Source: an uncultured Chloroflexia bacterium | GTDB taxonomy: Bacteria > Chloroflexota > Ktedonobacteria > Ktedonobacterales > JADMIN01 | Direction: 5' to 3' | NCBI GenBank assembly: GCA_963785845.1 | Contig: CAWAWP010000001.1 | Location: 313,132-377,131, forward strand | Length of the DNA stretch: 64,000 nucleotides | Shown: positions 1-9,162 of the stretch, one piece after another | How the letters are laid out: every line of letters starts with the position of its first letter | Numbering within the stretch: the stretch's first letter is position 1 | Program-made: the position numbers and the translations under genes | The notes under the pieces: generated by a model | Databases searched by the model: none | What the model was told of the DNA's origin: nothing | The model's input: the letters and a program-made list of their open reading frames with translations, nothing else

Positions 1-52
1 CTGCTGCAAGACCCGCGCGAAGCATGAAGGTGCTAGCTCTGCCGCGCCCAGA

Positions 53-2506
53 CTAGCGGCGTTTGCCCTGCCGCGCCAGGACGTTGCGCAACTCAGCGAC
101 CTGGGGCAAGCCCGGTTGCAGGCGGTCGATCGCGTCAAGCTCGCGCTTCGCCTCGCCCATGCGATCCAGTGCGCCGTAGGCGGCGGCGAGATTCAAGCGG
201 TAGGGAATGGCGTAAGGCGCCAACTGGACGGCGGTTTCAAGCGCGGATACCGCCTGATCGGGCTGGCGACGTGCCATATGCAGCGAACCTAGCGCGTAGT
301 GCGCCTCAGCATCGCCGGGATCGCGGCGCACAGCCTCTTCGAGCGCTAGGATGGCGTCGTCTGGCTGTTGGAGTAGGTCATAGATCGCGCCGATCCGCGT
401 GAAGACGCCGGGAATCGAGGTGTCGCGTTTCGAGGCGTCACGCAGGGCGGCGAGCGCCTCTTTGGCGATGACTTGGCGTTCCGAGTTGCTGACCCCGGCG
501 GAATCGTCGAGCGTCTCGCCGGTGATCTGGCCCATCAAGCTGTCCGCAAGGTCAGAATAGAGTATCGCCTTTTCTGGCTCGAGGGCGATGGCCTCGCGGA
601 GCTTCGCCTCAGCCTGCTTAAACTGGCCCTGCTGGGCAAGCAACTCGCCGAGACCCTGCAAATGCTCTGCGGTAGGCTCAGCCTCGACAACGCCCATGAG
701 GGTCTTAACGGCGCGGTCGAGCCAGGCAGCGCGCGCCTCCATCTGGCCGACCCTGCCAAACTGGTCCGCCGCGAGATACTGCTCGATGCCTAGCTCGAAG
801 CGCACGCGAACATCGTCTGAAAAGCGGCCCAACATGCGTTCGATCAGCGCTGCGGCACGTTCGTGGTTGCCGAGAGAACGGGCATCGTTCATGGCCTCGC
901 GATAGATCATCTCGTCGAGCGGCAGCCGGGCGGTGAGTGCGTCACTGTAATGCAGCGAAGCCGTGAATGCGCCGGTAATCGCCCGCAGCGCGTCACTGGC
1001 CTCGTCGCTGCCAGGCTCAGGTGGCGCTTTCGAGGTGATCTCCTCGACGGCCTTATGGGCATCGGCGATGCGCTTCTGCAATTCCTCGATGGTGAGCGCC
1101 TGGCTCGCAGCGCCTTCGTCGCGAAGGCGCTTGATGACCCAGATCCCCGCGACCGGCTCACGTGTGACGGAGTAGCCGGTCCAATACCAATGTCGCCCCG
1201 TTTCGCGGCTGGAGATCGTCGCCAGCGGCAACTCGTCTAACCCACCACCAAGCTCGACTTCACGCAGGATCACCGACCAGAAGGCTTCCAGGTCTCGATT
1301 GGCACCTTTGCCGACGCTGCCCGCGGAGCCCGGCACCCAGAGTGCGCTCGCGCGCTGCTCCTGTTCGCGGACGAGCGTCACCCGCAGCCCCGATGGTTCG
1401 GCCTCTTTCCACCACTGACGCCGGCGCTCGATGTAATCTTGGCGGGAAATCCCACGGCGCGGTGACGCATCCTCGTCGAGGAGATCGTACGTCAGGCTAA
1501 AGTCGCCAAAACTCCAGGCGCCGAGCCAGTGCACCAGCATTTCGTCCGGCTCAAGATCCGCGCCGATGAGAAACCGGTCGCCTTCTCGCGCAAAGCGCTC
1601 CGCTTCGTCGGCGATCGCGGTACGCTGCTCATCGGAGACCGGATCGGCCAGCAATCGCGCGGTGATGTGCGCCTGATGGCGCTTGAAGTCGGCGGCGGGC
1701 TCTGTGGCTCGCCATTCGTTCACCTCAAGCGCCGCTTCGACGAGTCTGCGAGCCTGCGCCCACGAGATGCGGACGACTTCCATGTGTTCACCGCGCAGGG
1801 ACTCAACCGTCTCATTCAGGAATTCCTCGCGGCGCATTGGCTCCAACATGGCGAACCCGCTGACGCCTTCGCTCCAGAAACTGAGTTCGAAGGTGTAGCC
1901 GCGCAAGAAGTTCGGATCGCGACCCTCCTGCCAGCCCAATACCAGCGCGATCTCCCCTTGCTCTCGCGTGCGCGTGGCATACGCCTCGGCAAGGGTGGCG
2001 GTGGCGCGGTTGGCCTCTAGCGGCGTGACACGCGGCGCGCTAGGTTGAGGCGAGTCGGGCGCGGGTTGCGTGCGCGGCGGCTGCCCTGTGATCGTGGCAC
2101 CAGGAATAGTGATACTCGCCGCCGCACCCGAAGAACGCAAGCGAATGCGGGCACGCCGCGCCTCTCTGGCGACGTCGCGGCGCGGTTCGAGCTCGCCGAC
2201 GGCCGCTGCGATGTCGGCGGCGTCGCGCGCTCGTGGGCCGCGGACTGTGCCGAGACCTTGGGCAACCGCCAGCGCCACCGGCTCCGCGGCATCACTGAAG
2301 GGAGCCAAGGCGGTGAGCAACGCTTCGCGACCCTGGGGAGCAGCGACGCGGAGCGCTTCGGCGAGCGCGGCCAGATCATCGAGGTGCGCGCTCACCGCGG
2401 CTCGTTCTTGCTCGGTAAGCTGGACCGATTCAGGCGTCGCGGGATGCCGCGAAGACTGCCCGCCTCCATGGGTTCGAGGCTTATTTCCACGGTCTCCTCG
2501 CGGCAT
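53..2506 (-). CDS. TPR-repeat protein: large N-terminal region of unknown function plus C-terminal tetratricopeptide repeats
   Basis: ORF track gives 53..2620. The C-terminal third has repeated 34-aa A/L/Y-rich units, e.g. AEAHYALGSLHMARRQPDQAVSALETAVQLAP. I moved the start to ATG 2506, which is preceded by GAGGAG. Confidence 0.6.
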   Translation of the reverse strand: MPRGDRGNKPRTHGGGQSSRHPATPESVQLTEQERAAVSAHLDDLAALAEALRVAAPQGREALLTALAPFSDAAEPVALAVAQGLGTVRGPRARDAADIAAAVGELEPRRDVAREARRARIRLRSSGAAASITIPGATITGQPPRTQPAPDSPQPSAPRVTPLEANRATATLAEAYATRTREQGEIALVLGWQEGRDPNFLRGYTFELSFWSEGVSGFAMLEPMRREEFLNETVESLRGEHMEVVRISWAQARRLVEAALEVNEWRATEPAADFKRHQAHITARLLADPVSDEQRTAIADEAERFAREGDRFLIGADLEPDEMLVHWLGAWSFGDFSLTYDLLDEDASPRRGISRQDYIERRRQWWKEAEPSGLRVTLVREQEQRASALWVPGSAGSVGKGANRDLEAFWSVILREVELGGGLDELPLATISSRETGRHWYWTGYSVTREPVAGIWVIKRLRDEGAASQALTIEELQKRIADAHKAVEEITSKAPPEPGSDEASDALRAITGAFTASLHYSDALTARLPLDEMIYREAMNDARSLGNHERAAALIERMLGRFSDDVRVRFELGIEQYLAADQFGRVGQMEARAAWLDRAVKTLMGVVEAEPTAEHLQGLGELLAQQGQFKQAEAKLREAIALEPEKAILYSDLADSLMGQITGETLDDSAGVSNSERQVIAKEALAALRDASKRDTSIPGVFTRIGAIYDLLQQPDDAILALEEAVRRDPGDAEAHYALGSLHMARRQPDQAVSALETAVQLAPYAIPYRLNLAAAYGALDRMGEAKRELDAIDRLQPGLPQVAELRNVLARQGKRR

Positions 2507-2713
2507 GACGCTTGGCTCCTCTCGCACTGCGTGGGCGCACATCCGGCAAACCTCAGCCTTACTCGGTTCGTGCGGCCAACATAGGATTTTAGCATGTTGG
2601 CGGGCCGACCCACAATTCACGGCTGGCGAGGACGCGGCGGCACAGGCGGCCTACCGCCGCAAGGGGTCGCCCCACCTGAGGCAAGAGGAAGCGCCGATGA
2701 GGAGCAGGCGGCG

Positions 2714-3439
2714 CTACGCCGGCACCTGGATTGGAAGCATGTAGCCGACGCCGACCTTTGTGACGATGCGGCGCGGATATGCAGGGTCCTCTTCTATCTT
2801 TCGGCGCAGGCGGTTGATGTTGACCTGAAGCATATGGCTCTCGCCGCTATATTCGGCGCCCCAGACGTGTTCGAGCAGCAGGTCTTGCGTAACCACGCGC
2901 CCCGCATTCCGCATGAGATAAGCGAGCATGCGATATTCAGTTGGCGTGACAGCTACCTCGACGCCGTTCAACAGCACCAGGTGTTGCGCGTAGTCTACGG
3001 TGAGGTCGCCTACCGTGCCGACGGAGCTGAGACCTTGGGCTGCGATCGACTCGCCGAATTGCGAGCGCCGCAGCACGGCGCGCACCCGTGCCAGCAATTC
3101 ATCGACACTGAACGGCTTCGTCAGATAGTCGTCCGCGCCGAGATCGAGTCCTTGCACCTTATCCTGATCTTGGCCGCGCGCCGTGACGATGATGATCGGG
3201 AGGGAAGAGAATTCGCGGACGCGGGCACAGACGGCGAACCCGTCGAGTCGCGGCATCATGACGTCGAGCAGCGCCAGGTCGGGTGCCTCCGCCTGGATCT
3301 GTTCCAACGCCTGTTGACCGTCGCTTACCGCGACGACCTCGTACCCTTCTAACTGGAGGTTGCGCGTTATCAGGCGGAGCAACTGTGCATCGTCGTCCGC
3401 GACCACAATGCGTATCTTCTTCGCTGGCATGGTGTTCAC
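2714..3439 (-). CDS. OmpR/PhoB-family response regulator (receiver + winged-helix DNA-binding domain)
   Basis: Receiver motifs: IVVADDD, LLDVMMPRLDG, LTKPF. C-terminal winged helix: LTPTEYRMLAYLMRNAGRVVTQDLLLEHVWG. It lies directly downstream of a histidine kinase on the same strand. Confidence 0.9.
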   Translation of the reverse strand: MNTMPAKKIRIVVADDDAQLLRLITRNLQLEGYEVVAVSDGQQALEQIQAEAPDLALLDVMMPRLDGFAVCARVREFSSLPIIIVTARGQDQDKVQGLDLGADDYLTKPFSVDELLARVRAVLRRSQFGESIAAQGLSSVGTVGDLTVDYAQHLVLLNGVEVAVTPTEYRMLAYLMRNAGRVVTQDLLLEHVWGAEYSGESHMLQVNINRLRRKIEEDPAYPRRIVTKVGVGYMLPIQVPA

Positions 3440-3514
3440 TCGTTTCTCTAGCGCCGGTGAGCGATTGCTCGCACCTCGCGACGCAGTATGAAGGCACTGT
3501 GTTGCTGCACGGCA

Positions 3515-4435
3515 TCACTCTTCATGCGCTGTGGCGTCGTCGGCGCGCGGCAACACGACACGGAAGGACGCACCGTGCCCTGGGCTGCTCTCTGCGCTCA
3601 GTTCGCCGTCGAGGCGCGCGACAATTTCCTTGCAGATCGCCAGACCCAACCCGAGGCCCTCGGTTGTCCGCGTTGCCTGGTTGTCCACGCGTTGGAAAGT
3701 CTCGAAGATGCGCCCGAGATGCTCGTCTGCGATGCCGATGCCCTCGTCTCGGACGGTGAGTTGGATGGCGGGGCGTAGCGCATCTGCCCCAAGGTGGCCT
3801 GGCGCAAGCGCGATCTCGATTACGCCTCCGACGGGAGAATACTTGATGGCATTCTCGATGAGATTATCTATCACGTCACGAAGGTATCGCGCGTCGCCAA
3901 GCACGAGTCCATTGGCGACGGCCAACGTCTCTGGGTGCTGGCTGATCACGAAGACGCATCGCTGGTGTTCGTCGACCGCCGATGCCAGGCGGCGCTCGGC
4001 TGCGGCAACCGCTTCGCGAACCACGCGCGCCAGCGAAATCGGCTCATGGGCGAGGGTGACGAGGCCCAGTTCGAGCTGCGACAATTCAAGAATGCGTCCG
4101 ACGATGAGCGTGAGGTGGTCGCTCGCTTGATCGATTGCATCGAGAAACTCTTTGCGTTCGGCACCCGACAGGCGCTTCTCGTGCCGGCGAAGGGTCGCGG
4201 CGTAGCCTTTGATGGCGGCGAGCGGGCTGCGCAACTCGTGGCTGATGACGTTTAGCAACTCGGGTGAAAGTCGCTCGGGGTGCTGCGCGCGCTCGACCGA
4301 AGGATTGGCATGCTTGTTCGCGTCGAGGGCGCTGGCGTCGCCCTGGATGATGGCCCGCCCTTCGGCGGTGTCAGGAGAAATCGCGCGGGCGGTCTTTGAC
4401 GACCCATGCGGGAACGGCTGTCGAGTGTCACCCAT
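3515..4435 (-). CDS. Histidine kinase with no recognisable transmembrane or sensor domain
   Basis: H-box ISHELRSPLAAIKGY. ATPase N/G boxes DNLIENAIKYSP, DEGIGI and GLGLGLAICKEIV. The ORF track extends to 4615; I trimmed to ATG 4435, preceded by GGGGAGGAGGATAGGAGC. Only about 90 aa precede the H-box. Confidence 0.85.
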   Translation of the reverse strand: MGDTRQPFPHGSSKTARAISPDTAEGRAIIQGDASALDANKHANPSVERAQHPERLSPELLNVISHELRSPLAAIKGYAATLRRHEKRLSGAERKEFLDAIDQASDHLTLIVGRILELSQLELGLVTLAHEPISLARVVREAVAAAERRLASAVDEHQRCVFVISQHPETLAVANGLVLGDARYLRDVIDNLIENAIKYSPVGGVIEIALAPGHLGADALRPAIQLTVRDEGIGIADEHLGRIFETFQRVDNQATRTTEGLGLGLAICKEIVARLDGELSAESSPGHGASFRVVLPRADDATAHEE

Positions 4436-4672
4436 GCTCCTATCCTCCTCCCCTCGTCGCGGAAAGCGCATCTGCCCGGTGGCGGCGCTACCTCTTGCCT
4501 CGATGATAGTGGCAAGGCGGTCACGCGCTGAACACGCCGTGCGACGATGTGTCTCATACGCGTCACAGTGCGAGGTGACTGGCGCGGTGGACCGCAACGG
4601 GGTGAGCACTGGCAAGCTTCCGCCGCACCTTCAAGGTCCAGGTGAGGGGGGTGCAAGAGGGTGTCGCCAACT

Positions 4673-5007
4673 AATTTCCGTTTTCTTCCGCTTTTTTATG
4701 CCCCGCGTGGGTTCAGCGGTGAATTCAACGGAGGAATGCCGTCAGAAGCGGAAATATCGTGACAGGCGGAAATTTCGCCGCGCATGTGCCACGCTGGTGG
4801 GAAGGGCCGTACCGTGCAGGGGGCGAACACGTTGGGCGATTGACTGGGCGCGCACTGCGAAAGTCCTGTGCTGGGGCATGCGAAGGTGCCTGTGGGGGAT
4901 GATGAAGGGGGTGATGAGGGGCGATGGAAGGTAGGAGGAGGATCGGTGGAAGGACAAGCAGAAGATATGTTCTATTGATTTGTACCACACGCGGAGATAC
5001 ACCGCAA
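4673..5007 (-). ncRNA. Candidate structured leader or sRNA, paralogous module copy A (promoter, operator, conserved blocks, invariant 20-mer)
   Basis: On the minus strand: TTGCGG (5007..5002), 17 nt, TGgTACAAA (4987..4979). The palindrome AGAACATATCTTCT (4973..4960) sits at the predicted TSS. Block-wise similarity to 17288..17599. The invariant 20-mer 4673..4692 pairs with CGGAA repeats at 4746..4753 and 4767..4774. No convincing ORF is conserved between the two copies. Confidence 0.4.
4960..4973. promoter_or_regulatory. GAAC-N4-GTTC-like palindromic operator with one mismatch (AGAAGATATGTTCT)
   Basis: Near-palindrome read directly from the sequence. It starts 5 nt downstream of the predicted minus-strand -10. 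It resembles the Cheo-box class of LexA sites (GAAC-N4-GTTC). Confidence 0.4.
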
Positions 5008-5215
5008 GGGTGAGATCTCGGATAGTCCCGTAGTCGCTGCTCGGAGAGGATCGCCGGGCCGATATGTTACGGAATCTGGATGGATCGCGCTTTCGGTTGT
5101 GGAGACGCTACGGATTTTGCCGGCAGCATGGTGTGGGCGTTCGCCGGACGCACCTATGGGAGAGTCGAGATCCGAATACATGGGGCGCGAGTCTGATCGA
5201 GCGGGCGCAGGCGCG

Positions 5216-5244
5216 TTGACAGCGCACTAACCGGACACTACAAT
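5216..5244 (+). promoter_or_regulatory. Sigma70-type promoter TTGACA-17-TACAAT
   Basis: TTGACA at 5216..5221, a 17-nt spacer, and TACAAT at 5239..5244. It lies about 125 nt upstream of the 5369 start. It shares the flank GCGCGTTGACA with the thr promoter at 17662. Confidence 0.6.
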
Positions 5245-5368
5245 GGGCGCGACCGCCGGGAATTCTCCGTCTGCGGCGCTGGTGTAGCGCGAAGAGTGTT
5301 TTCGGACGTTGCTTGTGGGCATATGGCGCCGCTGGACCGCGCTCACCGCCCGCCAAGGAGCCCTTGTG

Positions 5369-6472
5369 ATGAGTTCGTTTTCTCAACGTCCGGACACGTC
5401 GTTTCCGTCACGCATGGGTGAAGCGCCTGAGCAGGGCGCATCTCAGGTCAGCGCGTGGCTGCGTCTCGCAAGTTGGGGATGGCAGTATCCGCTGCACACC
5501 GTTGCCGACCGCGAGCGGGCACGCCGGAGCCGCTTGGCCGCGTGGGTCATTTTAGGGCTGTTCATCGCCGATGCGGTGATCCTGCCCATCGGCATTGGAG
5601 ATCCTGGTTCAGAAGCCGCCGTCTTGATTCTCGCCGTCGGTCTGGTGGGCGCGGTGCTGCTCAACCGCGGTGGGCATGTCGGCCTGACGGGCGCGCTGAT
5701 CTCCGCGCTGATCATTCTCGCCGCGACGGGCGCCGTGGTCGCCTATCCGCTGGGGCTGACGCTCGATGCGCTGCCGGCGTTCGACCTGCTAGCCATCGCC
5801 ACGGTGATCGCCGCATCGGTGCTGCCGCGGAGAGCAGCCTTTGTAGTCGCGGCGATCAACATCGCGTTGATCGTGGCGGTGTTCTTCTTGATGCCGCACG
5901 CGGTAGATTTGCGGACTGAACTCAACGACAAGACGCTCTATCCGACACCGCTGGTGGCGAGTCTGGCACTGCTCGCCCGCCCGATCGCCTTGCAGGTGAT
6001 TCTCGCGGTGGTGGCCTACCTATGGGTGCGCGGCACCGACGATGCGATACGACGTGCCGACCGCGCCGAAGAGGTGGCTGCGCTAGAACACACCATCGTT
6101 GAGCAGAAGCGGCAACTCGACATCGGCATCCAGCAGATCTTGCAGACACATATTCGCGTGGCGAACGGCGACTTCAGCGCGCGCGCGCCGCTCGGCCAAG
6201 ACAACATCTTGTGGCAGATCTCGTCGTCGCTCAACAATTTGTTGGCGCGGCTGCAACGCTCTGGAAACGCGGAATATCGCATGCAGCGCACCGAGGAGGA
6301 ACTGCAGCGGTTGGCGGCGGCGCTTCGCGACGCGCAGGCGGGACGGCGCCCCATATGGCCAGCGCCGTCAGGAACGGCGGTCGATCCAGTCATCGAAATC
6401 ATCACCGGCGCCAACAGACGATCGCTGCCGCCGCAGTCATCGGTGGACAGGGATATGGAGAACTATCGCTAG
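5369..6472 (+). CDS. Polytopic membrane protein with a C-terminal HAMP-like/coiled-coil segment and no output domain
   Basis: Several hydrophobic helices, e.g. LAAWVILGLFIADAVILPIGI and AFVVAAINIALIVAVFFLM. A HAMP-like stretch follows: IRVANGDFSARAPLGQDNILWQISSSLNNLLARLQ. Start trimmed to ATG 5369 after AAGGAG; the ORF track begins at 5309. Confidence 0.55.
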   Translation: MSSFSQRPDTSFPSRMGEAPEQGASQVSAWLRLASWGWQYPLHTVADRERARRSRLAAWVILGLFIADAVILPIGIGDPGSEAAVLILAVGLVGAVLLNRGGHVGLTGALISALIILAATGAVVAYPLGLTLDALPAFDLLAIATVIAASVLPRRAAFVVAAINIALIVAVFFLMPHAVDLRTELNDKTLYPTPLVASLALLARPIALQVILAVVAYLWVRGTDDAIRRADRAEEVAALEHTIVEQKRQLDIGIQQILQTHIRVANGDFSARAPLGQDNILWQISSSLNNLLARLQRSGNAEYRMQRTEEELQRLAAALRDAQAGRRPIWPAPSGTAVDPVIEIITGANRRSLPPQSSVDRDMENYR

Positions 6473-6535
6473 CGGACCCTCGGCGCACTAGAAGCGGAAG
6501 GAGCTGCAACTTGCACCCGGCCATCGCGACCAAGG

Positions 6536-7621
6536 ATGATGCAACGTCGGTACGAATCGGGGATGCGCGAACGCCAGGCGCACGCCCACTATCCCGAACT
6601 TTTGCAGGCGGCGCGTGCGACACAGCATACCGCGGTATACGCGCGTCAGCGTCTTGGCTCAGGACTTCAGGTAGTGGCGATTCGGCAGGATGCGTTGGAT
6701 GCAGCGCAGCGACAACTGCTGAGCGAGTTCAGGCTGCATCAGTACGCGCTCTGCGGCTGGTACGATCTCGAGGTGCTCGCGGCGCAACGCTTTGACCACG
6801 ACCCCGCCTTCGAGGCGCTGCCAGACGGCACGATCCACGTATTGGTCGGTGGGCCGGACGACCGGCTGCTCGCATACTTCTGTATGCAGCCCGCCGCGCA
6901 TGTCGCGGTGCCTAGTGGCGCGCTCATGGAGGAACTGGTGCGCTCTCCCGGCAAGCGTCGCACGCAGCCGACGCTGCTCGATCCGTGGCGTCCGCTCTTT
7001 TGCATGGAGGTCGAGTCGTTCGGACCAGACGTGTTTTCTTCGCTGCCAGCGGTCGCAGAACTGCCGCTGGAGACGATGCGTGAGTTATCGTGCCTCATTC
7101 GCAACCAGGCGATTACGGCGCCGTTGAGCGCGCTTGCCACGGTCGAAGCGGTGTATACGATGGCCCACGTCGTCATGCAAACAGATTCCGGCATCGATGT
7201 AACGTTGGGATGCATCGACATCGAGGCGCGACGCGTGACAAGCGTCCTTGGCATTCCTTTCTTGTATGCGCCGCTGGCGCCGGTGGTGCTCGATCAGTTC
7301 GAGTATTACTGGGCGTCGTCGGTCAACGCGCCAGGGCGCTTCTGGCCGTTTGTGATCGCCACCTCCGATCTCCATGCCAACGCCGAGCACTTTCGTTCGC
7401 TTGACGAGATGCTCGATGGCTCCACGCGCGACATACGACGGGCGCTCGTCGAGCTACGGCGGCACCCAACGGCGATCGTCCCGGAGGCGTTCGTGCCGCG
7501 TGAGGGCGAATCGGCGCATTTCTGGACCGCCGACCCGTTCTACGCCGAGGGTGAGCCTGTGGCCGTCACCACGCGCGGGCGAGCAGTTGATGCGCGTGGC
7601 GCTGGAGAACTTGAACCCTAG
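6536..7621 (+). CDS. Hypothetical protein (361 aa)
   Basis: Long ORF with coding-like third-position GC. No motif I can assign with confidence. There is a weak resemblance to acyl-transferase or autoinducer-synthase-like folds, which I do not rely on. Confidence 0.5.
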   Translation: MMQRRYESGMRERQAHAHYPELLQAARATQHTAVYARQRLGSGLQVVAIRQDALDAAQRQLLSEFRLHQYALCGWYDLEVLAAQRFDHDPAFEALPDGTIHVLVGGPDDRLLAYFCMQPAAHVAVPSGALMEELVRSPGKRRTQPTLLDPWRPLFCMEVESFGPDVFSSLPAVAELPLETMRELSCLIRNQAITAPLSALATVEAVYTMAHVVMQTDSGIDVTLGCIDIEARRVTSVLGIPFLYAPLAPVVLDQFEYYWASSVNAPGRFWPFVIATSDLHANAEHFRSLDEMLDGSTRDIRRALVELRRHPTAIVPEAFVPREGESAHFWTADPFYAEGEPVAVTTRGRAVDARGAGELEP

Positions 7622-7773
7622 GTGGTTCCACATGGCCGTCGGCGCGCGGCTGCGTCCAGGTGGCGTGCGGCGACCCCTCGACGTGGTATTGGCGTGCGGC
7701 GTTCGTTGCGCCCGCGCAGTGCAGCGGCTATACTGGACCAGATGCTCGAAAGTCGCCACGAAGGATTGCGCCG

Positions 7774-8442
7774 ATGAGAACCTGTGTACGCTGCGGCGCG
7801 GACGCGGTGGACGCGGACGGCGTCTGCGCCATATGCGGGTGGCGCACCGCGTCGGAAACCATGCACGACAGCGGGTCGTCGCCGTCGTTGGGGGCTACCC
7901 GTGTGGCGTCGGCGAGTGATTTCGCTGCGTCGCGCCTTGACGCGCCGGCGAACGCGCGGGACGATGCCCCGCGAGGCGGCATGGGTATCTCTGCCGCGGA
8001 ACCGGATGCTCGGAGATCGGCACCGCGTAAGCCATCGGGTGTGGCAACGCGCTACTGCGGCGCGTGTGGCGCGCGAATTGGTGGTGACGAGGTGTTCTGC
8101 GGGCAGTGTGGCACTCCCGTGGGCGATTCGAGCGGCAGCTATGGAACGATCGCTGGACGTTCGCCTGACCGGAATGAGTCCCTAGAGAGCGGACTGGGCG
8201 AGACGTGGATGCCGGGGCAAAACGACCAACTTACCGAGGCATTCGCGCCCGCCGCACGAGGCTCTTTCGCGCAGGGAAGTCAACCGGCGGCGTATCGCCC
8301 ATTGGGCTATGCTGGCAGTCGGCCCTCGCAGTTCGACGCGCAGGGCGATGGTTCGGCACGGGCGGTGCGCATCGCCGCCGGGCTCGTGTGCCTCGGCGTT
8401 AGCCTCGTGAGCGCGGTGCTCGCCATTCTGCTGGCGCGCTAG
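7774..8442 (+). CDS. Double zinc-ribbon protein with a C-terminal membrane anchor
   Basis: Two CxxC...CxxC ribbons: CVRCGADAVDADGVCAICG and YCGACGARIGGDEVFCGQCG. C-terminal TM segment VRIAAGLVCLGVSLVSAVLAILLA. Start trimmed to ATG 7774 after GAAGGA; the ORF track begins at 7660. Confidence 0.6.
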   Translation: MRTCVRCGADAVDADGVCAICGWRTASETMHDSGSSPSLGATRVASASDFAASRLDAPANARDDAPRGGMGISAAEPDARRSAPRKPSGVATRYCGACGARIGGDEVFCGQCGTPVGDSSGSYGTIAGRSPDRNESLESGLGETWMPGQNDQLTEAFAPAARGSFAQGSQPAAYRPLGYAGSRPSQFDAQGDGSARAVRIAAGLVCLGVSLVSAVLAILLAR

Positions 8443-8614
8443 CGCAGCAGCACCGCTGGCCGCGGTGCGGCTCTGCCTCTCTGGGAGATCGACGCACGAA
8501 TTCTCGCACGGTTGTCGCCGCGCTGGTGAACACATTGGGCGGAGGGGTACGGCGGGCGGCCCTTGGCACCGCCGCCGTGTTGTCGCTCACTTGATCGGCG
8601 CTGCCAGGTGGGGT

Positions 8615-9127
8615 ATGCTCCCGACGAGACGCATCTCCCGACGTTCGTGGGCGGCAAAGGACGTGTTTGTGGATCGGAAGACGCCGGCAAACGACCAGAA
8701 CGCGAACGGTGGCACGACGACGGCTTCGGAGGGCGCTGCGCCGATCTCGAAGTCGGAGTTCGAGGCGATCGCGGATTTTCGCTACGCGATCCGCCGCTTC
8801 CTGCGCTTCAGCGAACAGGCGGCGCGCGAGGAAGGCATCACCCCGCAGCAGCATCAACTGCTGTTGGCGGTGAAAGGGTTCCCCGGGAGAGAGTCGGCCA
8901 CGGTCACGGAACTCGCGGATCGATTGCAGATGCGACAACACAGTATGGTCGGACTCATCGACCGGACGGTGGCGCAGGGACTGGTGCGTCGCGAACCCGG
9001 CGTGACGGATCGGCGCCAGGTCTTCATTGTGCTGACGGGCCAGGGCCAAGAGATGCTGGGACGGCTGGCCAGCCAGCATCGCCGGGAGCTTATGACGATG
9101 CGTGAGACGCTGCTCGTGCTCAGTTGA
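8615..9127 (+). CDS. MarR-family transcriptional regulator
   Basis: Winged-helix core: ITPQQHQLLLAVKGFPGRESATVTELADRLQMRQHSMVGLIDRTVAQGLVRREPGVTDRRQVFIVLTGQG. The start is uncertain; the ORF track begins at 8465. Confidence 0.8.
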   Translation: MLPTRRISRRSWAAKDVFVDRKTPANDQNANGGTTTASEGAAPISKSEFEAIADFRYAIRRFLRFSEQAAREEGITPQQHQLLLAVKGFPGRESATVTELADRLQMRQHSMVGLIDRTVAQGLVRREPGVTDRRQVFIVLTGQGQEMLGRLASQHRRELMTMRETLLVLS

Positions 9128-9162
9128 TGGCGACGAGCGCGCTGCGGCGCCGTCTGGCGGGG

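Noticed and set aside
4673-5007. The repeated module could be a MITE or other small mobile element. Alternatively it could be a CsrB/RsmZ-like GGA-rich sponge RNA read from the plus strand.
   Set aside because: I found no terminal inverted repeats or target-site duplications at the module edges. I also found no plausible plus-strand promoter, whereas both copies have well-formed minus-strand promoters. Neither idea is fully excluded without genome-wide data.
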